Shown here: piece by piece, positions 1 to 7,899 of the stretch
Layout of the letters: the number at the start of each line of letters is the position of its first letter
Numbering within the stretch: the first letter of the stretch is position 1
Origin: Anaerolineae bacterium UTCFX1
GTDB taxonomy: Bacteria > Chloroflexota > Anaerolineae > Anaerolineales > Villigracilaceae
Reading direction: 5' to 3'
NCBI GenBank assembly: GCA_002050275.1
Contig: MWTB01000027.1
Span: 17,225-81,224, forward strand
DNA length: 64,000 bases
The notes under the pieces: model-generated
The model's database searches: none
Told to the model about the DNA's origin: nothing
What the model saw: the letters and a program-made list of their open reading frames with translations, nothing else
Position numbers and translations under genes: made by a program

Positions 1-984
1 CCGTTTCCGCCGGAGATGCCGGCGCTGATTCTCGGAATCAATTCAGAGGAGTTGGCGCTGAAGATAAAAGGCACGCTGTTGAAGGTTTACCCGAACGAAC
101 ATGCGATTTACGTTGTAGAAGGCGGGGAATCGAAAGAAGAAAAAATAGGCGTTTTTTCTAATTTCTCAATTTCCGATTCGGTCTGTTGGTTTATCCCCGC
201 GCTCGGCGAAGGGACGTCGTTCGAGTCGTTCGCCGGGATCGTGGCTCATCTGCGCGCGCCGAACGGTTGCCCGTGGGATCGCGAGCAAACGCATGAGTCG
301 CTGAGAAGACATTTGTTGGAAGAAACCTATGAGACGATTGCCGCGATCGATTCGGGCGATTCCACTCATATGTGCGAGGAGTTCGGCGATCTGTTGCTGC
401 AGATCGTTTTACACGCGCAAATTGCGAGCGAAGACGGGCGGTTTAATATAACGCAGGTGATTCAGGGAATTTACTCGAAGATCGTGCGCCGGCATCCGCA
501 TGTATTCAGCGACGTAAAAGTGGACGATGCGGATGAGGTGTTGGCGAATTGGGAGAAATTAAAGGAGAAAGAAAGAGGAAAGAAGAAGGACGGCGGCGGG
601 CTGTTGGACGGCGTTTCGTTGATCTTGCCCGCGTTGACTCAAGCGCAGGAATACCAAAGCCGCGCCGTGCGAGTCGGTTTTAACTGGGGTGAGATTGACG
701 GCGTGTTGGATAAAATTAAGGAAGAGATCGAGGAGATTAAACACGCTGAAACAAACGCCGAACTCGCCTCTGAGATCGGCGACTTGTTCTTTGTGTTGGT
801 CAACTTTGCGCTTTGGAAGAAGCTGGACGCCGAATCCGCATTACGGGGAACGAACGCTAAATTCAAGAGACGTTTCTCGTATGTGGAACAAGGTGCGAGG
901 AAGCAAGGACGGGTTTTATCTGAATTAACGTTGAGCGAGATGGACGCGCTATGGCAGGAGGCGAAAGGGTTGGAACGGCGTTGA
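1..984 (+). CDS. mazG: MazG-family nucleoside triphosphate pyrophosphohydrolase; the 5' end probably lies outside the window
   Basis: The track ORF 16..984 stays open back to base 1, with no in-frame stop in 1..15. It carries MazG signatures (GCPWDREQTHESLRRHLLEETYE, EEFGDLLLQIV) and a second half-domain (EIGDLFFVLVNFA). The residues before the MazG core look like the end of a YabN-type N-terminal domain. Confidence 0.85.
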   Translation, partial: PFPPEMPALILGINSEELALKIKGTLLKVYPNEHAIYVVEGGESKEEKIGVFSNFSISDSVCWFIPALGEGTSFESFAGIVAHLRAPNGCPWDREQTHESLRRHLLEETYETIAAIDSGDSTHMCEEFGDLLLQIVLHAQIASEDGRFNITQVIQGIYSKIVRRHPHVFSDVKVDDADEVLANWEKLKEKERGKKKDGGGLLDGVSLILPALTQAQEYQSRAVRVGFNWGEIDGVLDKIKEEIEEIKHAETNAELASEIGDLFFVLVNFALWKKLDAESALRGTNAKFKRRFSYVEQGARKQGRVLSELTLSEMDALWQEAKGLERR

Positions 985-988
985 CTCG

Positions 989-1597
989 TCAGCGATTACA
1001 GATGAAGCGAGCGAGAGCCGCGTCGAACAACGCAGGCGCGGAAGATTCGTCAGGCGTATAGACTTTCCACGCAAAGACGCGGTCGCCGCAGGTCCATGCC
1101 GCTGCGCCGCCGTAAGGCAATAGCGACGTGGCGGCGGAGGCGATCGCAATGGAGATCACGTTCATGTTGCGAATTGACGTTATGCTAGGCGCGCCGAGAC
1201 GCGTATCTATTCCTTCTTCCAGAATTAAGTCGAGTAAAAAATTAGGATCAGACGCTCCGGGCGCTAATTGCCAGATTATCTGAATGAACAAATTGCCGCT
1301 GTAGGCGGCGAGCAGTCCTTGCGAATAACCGCTGGGCGCGGCTGGGTTTTGTTGCGCGCTGACATCGTAGAACGCCATGTCAACGGGATGCCCAATGCAA
1401 AATTGATATTCGCAGAACAAGCCGGCAAGGTTGAACGGAGTCGGGGAGGGGAGCGGCGGTGAGATGGGTGCGGGCGCGCTTGTTGGAAGCGCTGTCAGCG
1501 TAGAAGCGACCGCTAATGGTATTTGAACGGCGGCGTCTGGCTGGGGCGCACAAGCGGTTAGAATTATCAGAAGTAGAAGGATGGCTTTAATTTGCAT
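989..1597 (-). CDS. Hypothetical lipoprotein
   Basis: Internal Met gives MQIKAILLLLIILTAC, a signal peptide with lipobox Cys. I moved the start from 1624 to ATG 1597. TATAAT sits 6 nt upstream of this ATG and there is no SD. I recognised no family. Confidence 0.55.
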   Translation of the reverse strand: MQIKAILLLLIILTACAPQPDAAVQIPLAVASTLTALPTSAPAPISPPLPSPTPFNLAGLFCEYQFCIGHPVDMAFYDVSAQQNPAAPSGYSQGLLAAYSGNLFIQIIWQLAPGASDPNFLLDLILEEGIDTRLGAPSITSIRNMNVISIAIASAATSLLPYGGAAAWTCGDRVFAWKVYTPDESSAPALFDAALARFICNR

Positions 1598-1663
1598 GGC
1601 AAGATTATACAGGTTTTGGAACATTCTGGCTGGGGCGCGCGCCCCTGTTTTTAAGGAGCAGAA

Positions 1664-2395
1664 ATGAAACGTTTCGTATCGATCATCCTCTTTGTGGCGA
1701 CTCTCTCAGCGTGCGCTCGCACGACGAATCCGCAAGAGCAGTCTTTTATCCCGGTGGACGGTATACGCGCGACGCCCACTCCGGTGCATCTGACGGTAGC
1801 GCAACAAGCGGCTGTTTTACGGCTGGCGTTTAATCTGGGCGTAAGTATGGATAGAATCCGCGTCATCAGCGACGTTGAAACGGAATTTACCGATACGTGT
1901 TTGGGAGTCTCGCTCGAAGGTGTGATGTGCGCGCAAGCGATTACTCTCGGTAGGGCCATCACGCTGGAAACAGACGGCTTGGAGTTTGAATATCGTGTTA
2001 ATGCGGATGAAAGCCGCATGCTACCCGCCACTGTTGCGCTTGTATGGGAGCGGGATGGCGGCATCGCCGGGTTCTGCGATCGCGCGACCGTTTTCCTTTC
2101 GGGCGAAGTATATGGAAGCGATTGCCGTTCCGAGAACCCGGATGCGGCGGCAAAGTCGTTCGCAGACTTGATGACCGATGTGGAACGGACGCAATTCTTA
2201 ATCTGGGCGAAGCAATTTGGATCGTTAAGTCTGGACGATTCTGACCCGGCGAATGTGGTTGCAGACCGAATGACAGTCACGCTGCGGTTTTACGGCAAAG
2301 GAGATCAGAAACCGACTGAATCTGAACAACGCGCGCTGTTCGATATGGCGCAGAAGTTATACCAAGGTTATAGAGGCTTGCGTCAGATTCAATAA
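1664..2395 (+). CDS. Hypothetical lipoprotein
   Basis: MKRFVSIILFVATLSAC is a signal peptide plus lipobox. AAGGAG SD precedes the ATG. I recognised no family. Confidence 0.6.
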   Translation: MKRFVSIILFVATLSACARTTNPQEQSFIPVDGIRATPTPVHLTVAQQAAVLRLAFNLGVSMDRIRVISDVETEFTDTCLGVSLEGVMCAQAITLGRAITLETDGLEFEYRVNADESRMLPATVALVWERDGGIAGFCDRATVFLSGEVYGSDCRSENPDAAAKSFADLMTDVERTQFLIWAKQFGSLSLDDSDPANVVADRMTVTLRFYGKGDQKPTESEQRALFDMAQKLYQGYRGLRQIQ

Positions 2396-2426
2396 CTGCG
2401 AGCGGAGGGCGCCGTCGCCTCTAGTT

Positions 2427-3689
2427 CTAGCGCTCGTTCTCCGCCTTGAGCGGCAGATAGCGAATGGCGAGACTGAACATGAGCAGCCAGTAGGAGATCA
2501 CTAGCGCAGCGACAGAAAACTCCACCCAAGTAGGCGCGTAGGAGTTAACGATAATGGTCGGCGTAAAGGGCGCGTATGTAGGAGCGGCGATTAACCCTGA
2601 GAAATTGTAATTCCAACGCATAAGGATGGCGGCGAAGATTGGTATGACTGCAAACGCCATCAGATAGCGGAAGTTTTTGATTGATTTCGCCGCGAGCAGC
2701 ACGGAGCCGGCGATGATGGGCAGCAGCGCCTGTCCGATCCAAAATGACAACGAGTAAGGAGCGACTGCGTTCAGCGCTTCAGTTTGCAGGCTGATGTTGC
2801 GATCGAACGAATAGTAATTGGTGACCGCCCAATCCCATAGGCGCAGATAGGTGAGCAGCAACGTCACGCCGCCGGAGAGCCGCGCAACGTCGTATAAAGC
2901 GCTATCTTCAACTGTTCCGGGGCGCATGACGCGGAAGACGATAACGCCTAAAAAGAATAACAGCGCCGTCCCGCCGCTCATTGCGGATAAAACGAATTGC
3001 ACTGGCGCGCTTTGATTGAACCAAACGCCGCGTCCCGAAATGACGGAGTATGTCGCGCCGAGCGAAGCTTGGTGGAGAAGCGATAACGTCAGCCCGATGA
3101 TGGCCAGGGCGGGGCCGGCTTTGTGCAGCCAGTGAGCGATCGTTCTAGCGGCAGAGGCGGCTTTTTTGACAACGGGAAATTTCTTATAGAGCGGATGATC
3201 CGTGAAGAAAGGGTGTTCCACAATGATCGGCGCCATTTCGGCGACCAGCACAGTCAGGTAAAGCACCACGCACATCGTCACTTCCCAGAGGAGCGAATGA
3301 GGCTGCCAGAATACGACCGGGTGCCAAAAACGGAGCGGTTGACCGAGATCGAACAACAGCACCATGCCGGCGGTGGAATATCCGAGGAATCCGAGCAAGA
3401 CCGCCAATTTTCCGATCGTTTCGAATCGTTTCAATCGCAGGAGGTAAACGATCACGCCGAATACGAACGCCGAGCCTCCCATAGCGATGGAGGAGAGATC
3501 AATAGAGATCCATAATCCCCAAGGGACGCGGTTGGAAAGCCCTGTTACTTGTAGACCGTCGCGCAATACGGTGAACGCCCCCACCAGCCCAAAGAGCAGC
3601 CCGGCGACCAGCAACCCCACCCAGTAGGGGAAGATGTCAACATTGTGTTTTCCGATTTGAAGTTTAGGACGATGAATCGTTGTTTGCAT
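2427..3689 (-). CDS. NrfD/PsrC/DsrP-like polytopic quinol-interacting membrane subunit
   Basis: About 420 aa, almost entirely hydrophobic helices. It abuts the stop of the Tat-FeS gene. Size and composition fit the 10-helix NrfD family. Start set at ATG 3689 (AAGGAAG SD 6 nt upstream). TTG 3695, which overlaps the upstream stop, is an alternative. Confidence 0.8.
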   Translation of the reverse strand: MQTTIHRPKLQIGKHNVDIFPYWVGLLVAGLLFGLVGAFTVLRDGLQVTGLSNRVPWGLWISIDLSSIAMGGSAFVFGVIVYLLRLKRFETIGKLAVLLGFLGYSTAGMVLLFDLGQPLRFWHPVVFWQPHSLLWEVTMCVVLYLTVLVAEMAPIIVEHPFFTDHPLYKKFPVVKKAASAARTIAHWLHKAGPALAIIGLTLSLLHQASLGATYSVISGRGVWFNQSAPVQFVLSAMSGGTALLFFLGVIVFRVMRPGTVEDSALYDVARLSGGVTLLLTYLRLWDWAVTNYYSFDRNISLQTEALNAVAPYSLSFWIGQALLPIIAGSVLLAAKSIKNFRYLMAFAVIPIFAAILMRWNYNFSGLIAAPTYAPFTPTIIVNSYAPTWVEFSVAALVISYWLLMFSLAIRYLPLKAENER

Positions 3690-3691
3690 GA

Positions 3692-4522
3692 TCAACTTCC
3701 TTGGAATGGATTTTCTGCCTTCGGATCGGGGGGGATGTAGTATACCCGCGGCTTTGTGCTGAGTTCCTCGCGCAGGCGGAGAGTGACTTTAGCGTTTGCC
3801 AACGCTTCGGAGATTGGGCTTTCGGAATCGTTCAAGTCGCCGAAAACGCGGGCAGATGTGGGGCAGGCGACCACGCAAGCGGGCGTCGCTTGCGAATCTA
3901 CGCCGGGCATAAGACCTCGCTCCAGACCCGCGTCAATGCGATGTGAACAAAACGTGCATTTTTCCACTACGCCGCGCGGGCGGTTGGGAACTTCAGGGTA
4001 TCCGAAAGTAGGAGATTGGGGGCTTAACTTGATGGGTTTCTTCCAGTTAAACACGCGCGCTTCGTATGGGCAGGCAATCTGGCAATAGCGGCAACCAATG
4101 CATAGGTCGTAATTCATCGCCACGATTCCGTCGGGACGCTTGTACGTCGCACCGACGGGGCAGACGTGTACGCACGGGGCTTCTTCGCAGTGCATACATG
4201 GGCGTGAAAGGAAGAACTCATCGCCTGATTGAGTCGTTTCTGTGGTGACTACGCAATAGCGCATATCTTCGGCGAGATTATTGACTGCGTCGCAAGCGAA
4301 CGTGCAATACTGACAGCCAATACAGCGATTAATATCAATCAACATGCCCCACTGATGTTTGCTTTCTTCTTCGGAGGCGGCGCGCGCGGCTATTTTTGCG
4401 GACGGGATGAATTGAGTTACGCCGGCGGCGGCGACCATTGCTCCAGCCAGTTTCAGAAAGTCGCGGCGGGTTGTTCCTGCGTTCTCTTCCGCATTTACCT
4501 GCTTGCTTTCATGTTCCGTCAT
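3692..4522 (-). CDS. Tat-exported 4x[4Fe-4S] ferredoxin-type subunit (NrfC/PsrB/DmsB-like)
   Basis: Twin-arginine signal TTRRDFLKLAG. Four Cys clusters: CIGCQYCTFAC, CMHCEEAPCVHVCP, CIGCRYCQIACP and CTFC...CVVACP. The 385-aa track ORF is an Arg-rich over-extension that overlaps the haem gene. Start set at ATG 4522, preceded by a GGAGAG SD. Confidence 0.9.
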   Translation of the reverse strand: MTEHESKQVNAEENAGTTRRDFLKLAGAMVAAAGVTQFIPSAKIAARAASEEESKHQWGMLIDINRCIGCQYCTFACDAVNNLAEDMRYCVVTTETTQSGDEFFLSRPCMHCEEAPCVHVCPVGATYKRPDGIVAMNYDLCIGCRYCQIACPYEARVFNWKKPIKLSPQSPTFGYPEVPNRPRGVVEKCTFCSHRIDAGLERGLMPGVDSQATPACVVACPTSARVFGDLNDSESPISEALANAKVTLRLREELSTKPRVYYIPPDPKAENPFQGS

Positions 4523-4545
4523 TGTTTTCTCTCCTCGCCCCTCAG

Positions 4546-5364
4546 TTAGGGTTTTTTCCTGTTTGCCGAGCCCGGTTCGCGACCGAATACCGCCCATGCG
4601 GCAACTCCGCCGATGATGACGCCCGCCAGCGCGTATACCCAGGCTGGCAGATGAACGCCGCCTTGCGGCGCGGTCGGGGGCGTTTGTTCCGCTGGAACTT
4701 GTGTGACCAGAGCCTTCGGGTTTGCCATTGCGTTCACTTCTACCCCGGCGTCGAGCATTTCTCTGGCTTGATGGAGATCGGTGTGGCAGTTGCTGCAAGT
4801 TGACGCTGATATGTTCATTGAGTGATCCTTGCCGTCGCCCATATGACAATTAACGCAACTGAGTCCCGCCGCGAAGTGAGTGGACTCGACCATATTGCGC
4901 ATCTCAGCCTTATGGCAATTTTCGCAGACAGTGCGCGCTTCAGATGCGACCTTAAGCCCCTGCGAATGCTGTTCATGGCAACTGACGCAATTTAAGCCGA
5001 CCGCTGCATGTTGGCTGGCAGCCATCTCGCTGGCGACGTTCTCTTTAGAGGCGCTGCCGTGACACACCAAACAAGTAGTCTCTTCGCTCTCCACGGTATA
5101 TTTTGCAGTTTCAGGATGCGTCCCCGCGCTATCGGCGAGTTTGTGGCAAACGGTGCAACTGACGTTGTGTTCGCGATGCGGGCTGCTCTCCCAGAGCGCT
5201 GCAGGCTGTTCATGACAACGTAGGCAATCTTTTAAGTCTTGCTGAGCCGCTTCCGCTGGCGCGATTGCAGAGACTGTTTGAGCGGACATGAGAACGAGCG
5301 CGGCGAAAACGGCAAATAGCGTAAGCGCTCCTGCAATAAAAAAAAGAGATTTTGTCGGTTTCAT
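4546..5364 (-). CDS. Heptahaem c-type cytochrome with N-terminal signal and C-terminal TM anchor
   Basis: Seven CXXCH motifs: CLRCH, CTVCH, CLVCH, CVSCH, CENCH, CVNCH, CSNCH. N-terminus is MKPTKSLFFIAGALTLFAVFAALVLMSAQTVSA. The C-terminal hydrophobic helix is HLPAWVYALAGVIIGGVAAWAVF. Start chosen at ATG 5364 (GGAG 10 nt upstream); ATG 5400 or 5373 are possible. Confidence 0.9.
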   Translation of the reverse strand: MKPTKSLFFIAGALTLFAVFAALVLMSAQTVSAIAPAEAAQQDLKDCLRCHEQPAALWESSPHREHNVSCTVCHKLADSAGTHPETAKYTVESEETTCLVCHGSASKENVASEMAASQHAAVGLNCVSCHEQHSQGLKVASEARTVCENCHKAEMRNMVESTHFAAGLSCVNCHMGDGKDHSMNISASTCSNCHTDLHQAREMLDAGVEVNAMANPKALVTQVPAEQTPPTAPQGGVHLPAWVYALAGVIIGGVAAWAVFGREPGSANRKKP

Positions 5365-5454
5365 TGTTTGCATTCTCCGTAAAAGAGCGGAATTCTTCAT
5401 TAACGATAGTATCGGTTAATGCCAACGCAAGTTAGTGTAGACTGTCATAAATTT

Positions 5455-5487
5455 GGACAATAAAAGTCATCACAGTCATTATTGTCC
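5455..5487. promoter_or_regulatory. Perfect 9-bp inverted repeat GGACAATAA-N15-TTATTGTCC upstream of the heptahaem operon
   Basis: Read directly from the sequence. It lies between the terminator of the decahaem gene and the heptahaem start. TGTCAT/AGTCAT half-site-like words occur nearby. It could be an operator or an RNA hairpin. Confidence 0.35.
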
Positions 5488-5493
5488 GATATG

Positions 5494-5523
5494 AAAAAGG
5501 CAACGTTTTTGCGCTGCCTTTTT
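5494..5523 (-). terminator. Intrinsic terminator after the decahaem gene
   Basis: Minus-strand RNA reads AAAAAGGCAGCGCAAAAACGUUGCCUUUUU. That gives a 7-bp stem (one G-U pair), a 6-nt loop and a U5 tail, 21 nt after the stop at 5544. Confidence 0.65.
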
Positions 5524-5543
5524 CGGTGGTTATCGAATGCGTC

Positions 5544-7733
5544 CTACGGCCGCGCGTAAGCGCTCACGTTGCCGCCGAGATCTTCGATCGAGTCGATCAG
5601 GAACTGGATGACGAACTTTGCGTTGTGAACGTACGCGCCCGGGTCTTTCTGAACGTACTGATAATTAAACGCGGCTCTCATAAGGCGAGGCGTCCATGCC
5701 GCGTAGCCTTTGCCGTTTGCGTCGAAGAAGTAGGGGTAGGCGTTTCCGTTATAGACGAGGAGACCGCCATGCGTTTCAGAGTACGTCTGCATCTGAGCGT
5801 AGAGGGCTTCAGCCAGCGTTGAGATTTCGCCGGAGATGCCTTCCTGCACATCGCTGTCGCCGTCGTAGTCCGCGTCGCTTTCGCGGATTAGAGCCGGGTT
5901 CGAAACGCCGTGACAGGTCTCGCAGGCTTTGATCTTAGGTTCGAGCGCGTGCACGTCATGGCAATCCTGGCATTTGTTGACCCTGCCATCCGGCTTAGCG
6001 TGCATAAATTCGCCAACGTACTGCTTGCCTTCGTAGAGATATGCGCCTTGTGCGTCTACACCGAACAGCGTCGAGCCAGCTGCAAAGTAATGAATGTTCT
6101 TGAAGCGGATCTTCGGATCGACTGTATCGAGGTCTTTGCCGCGTAAGGCGTTATTTACGCTAGTTGTAGATTCAAGCCCTTGGTGACAAGCGATACATAA
6201 ATTTGAATCATCGGGTAGATACTTTCCGTCTGCGTCTTTACCGCCGTAGCTGACTGTCTTTCCGCTGGGGAAAGTGACGGAATTAATTGCGTAACGATCA
6301 GGGAAGGAAGCTTCGTTGTGACAAGTAGAACATTGGAAGCCGTTGCTGGCGGGCAGCGCTCCCAGCCCGACGATTTGCGTCGTTCCATTTGCGGCGACGA
6401 CCGTTGTGCCGCCGTTTTGGATAAACTGCGGGAGCCCTTCGGCAGTGTGACATTTTGCGCAGGTATACGGCACGACGCCTCCGCCTTCCGCTTCGCCATC
6501 CCAATGACGGAACGGTTCGGTATTGCCGGCGAAGTGCCCCGCGTCGGTGCGCGCCAGTTTGACGACGTCGCCGCCGAGGTCGGCGATCGAGTCGTATAGC
6601 AGTTGGACGACATATTTATTACCGTGCGCGAACGCGCCCGTATCTTTGAGAGAAACCTGATAATTGTAGGCGGCTTTGAGCAGACGAGGCGTCCATGACG
6701 TGAAAGCGTTCGGGAAGATAGCTTCGCGTTCGTCTATCTCGCCGTTCGAGTTGATATCTTTGAAGAAGTACGGATAGGAGTGGTCGTCGTAGAGTAAGCC
6801 AGTGCCTACAGTTTGCGCGGCGTACGCTTGCATTTGAGCGTATAGAATCCTTTGCAAACCTTGGATTTCGTAATACATACCTTCGCGCGTATCGCCGTCG
6901 CCGTCATAATCGCTCAACGAGCTGACCATACGGATGGATTTAAGATCTTCTACCGCGCTTGCGCTGGGATGACATACCGAACATTCGCGCACTTTGACTT
7001 CCAACGTGTGCGAGTCGTGGCAGCCAATACAGGTGTCGTAGCCGGGCACATGATCGTTTTTCGAGTCGTAAGCCATGCCGTCGTATTGGTAGCCGCCGAG
7101 AGCCTTATTGCCGTACAGCGTCGCCGCCGCCGCGTAATAATGGATGCCGTTGAAGCCGAAAGCTTGATCATTGCCTTGATTGTCTTTGACGGGAGCGACG
7201 ACCGTATCAGGATGATCCGCTGCGCTGAAGAGCTCGATCTGTGCGTCTACGCTGATCTTCGATTCAAGCCCCTGATGACAGTCCATGCAGCGGGCGTCGG
7301 CGCCGGCGGTAATCGTCGCACCGGAAGGAAAGGTTACCGTTGTTCTTGAAACGGTGACCGAATTATGACAGGTTACGCATTGAATGCCTTGCGATTCAGC
7401 CGCCGGGACGGCGGCATCCACTTTATTTGCCGCGCTGCCATCTACGCCGAGGAAGTCTTGATAGCCTGCGCTGGTATGACATTTCGCACAATAGGTCGGA
7501 ACTTCGGCTGGGTCTTCTTCATCCCAGTGACGGAAGGGATAATTTAAAGCGTTCGCATGGCCGCTTTTTTCCCAATCTGCCAAAAAGGGCGTTTCAAGAA
7601 CGCTTGTAGGAGGAGGCGTTTCTACGGCAGTGGGTTCTTGAGGAGCGGCGGTTGGCGTGGCTCTGCAAGCGACGAGAATCGCAGTAAAAATGAGCGTTGC
7701 GCCTATAACGATTAAGATGCTTTTGAGTTTCAT
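5544..7733 (-). CDS. Decahaem c-type cytochrome lipoprotein built from two tandem pentahaem repeats
   Basis: Signal peptide plus lipobox (ILVAC). Ten CXXCH motifs: CAKCH, CVTCH, CMDCH, CIGCH, CSVCH, then CAKCH, CSTCH, CIACH, CQDCH, CETCH. The two halves align by eye (FRHWD...CAKCH...CHQGLES...DYDGD.D...YPYFF...WTPRL..AA.NYQ). GGAG SD lies 8 nt upstream of the ATG. Confidence 0.92.
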   Translation of the reverse strand: MKLKSILIVIGATLIFTAILVACRATPTAAPQEPTAVETPPPTSVLETPFLADWEKSGHANALNYPFRHWDEEDPAEVPTYCAKCHTSAGYQDFLGVDGSAANKVDAAVPAAESQGIQCVTCHNSVTVSRTTVTFPSGATITAGADARCMDCHQGLESKISVDAQIELFSAADHPDTVVAPVKDNQGNDQAFGFNGIHYYAAAATLYGNKALGGYQYDGMAYDSKNDHVPGYDTCIGCHDSHTLEVKVRECSVCHPSASAVEDLKSIRMVSSLSDYDGDGDTREGMYYEIQGLQRILYAQMQAYAAQTVGTGLLYDDHSYPYFFKDINSNGEIDEREAIFPNAFTSWTPRLLKAAYNYQVSLKDTGAFAHGNKYVVQLLYDSIADLGGDVVKLARTDAGHFAGNTEPFRHWDGEAEGGGVVPYTCAKCHTAEGLPQFIQNGGTTVVAANGTTQIVGLGALPASNGFQCSTCHNEASFPDRYAINSVTFPSGKTVSYGGKDADGKYLPDDSNLCIACHQGLESTTSVNNALRGKDLDTVDPKIRFKNIHYFAAGSTLFGVDAQGAYLYEGKQYVGEFMHAKPDGRVNKCQDCHDVHALEPKIKACETCHGVSNPALIRESDADYDGDSDVQEGISGEISTLAEALYAQMQTYSETHGGLLVYNGNAYPYFFDANGKGYAAWTPRLMRAAFNYQYVQKDPGAYVHNAKFVIQFLIDSIEDLGGNVSAYARP

Positions 7734-7869
7734 GCGGCAGTCTCCGTTTGCTTAGCGTAATGTCGTTGTTATTGCGCTTGGAAGCAAAATATAGATTCGT
7801 AGAGAACTTATGCCTGAATTCTATGTGAGCCGCAGATTAATACACAGTTAAATTCTTTCCTGTTTCTTG

Positions 7870-7881
7870 TGACAAATGTCA
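7870..7881. promoter_or_regulatory. Palindromic site TGACA-AA-TGTCA upstream of the decahaem gene
   Basis: Seen in the sequence about 140 nt upstream of ATG 7733. The stem is too short for a hairpin, so it is more likely a dimeric regulator site. TGTCA-type half-sites recur at 5441-5460. Confidence 0.25.
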
Positions 7882-7899
7882 TATGCGTAGAGGGGAATT

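Noticed and set aside
1651-2280. Long ORFs lying antisense to, or frame-shifted within, confidently assigned genes. Examples: 1651..2280(-), 11749..12624(-), 14292..14942(-), 14944..15612(-), 21019..21834(-), 45555..46058(-), 45986..46678(+), 55850..56497(+), 58630..59202(+), 60720..61232(+), 63331..63729(-).
   Set aside because: Each lies entirely inside a gene with strong family signatures on the other strand or frame. Their translations are Arg/Ser/Pro/Ala-rich with no motifs, which is typical of shadow ORFs in moderately GC-rich DNA.
3692-4849. A 385-aa version of the FeS-protein ORF with an Arg/Ser/Gly-rich N-terminal extension of about 109 aa that overlaps the heptahaem gene
   Set aside because: The extension is low-complexity, out-of-frame read-through of the upstream cytochrome gene. 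A proper SD plus ATG at 4522 places the Tat signal at the N-terminus, where it must be.
2427-7733. Interpreting the cytochrome/FeS/NrfD cluster as Alternative Complex III or a Nrf nitrite reductase
   Set aside because: ACIII needs a large ActB (molybdopterin-like plus FeS) subunit, two NrfD-like subunits and ActDE. Nrf needs NrfA, which has a CXXCK haem. None of these is present: all 17 motifs are CXXCH and there is only one NrfD-like gene.
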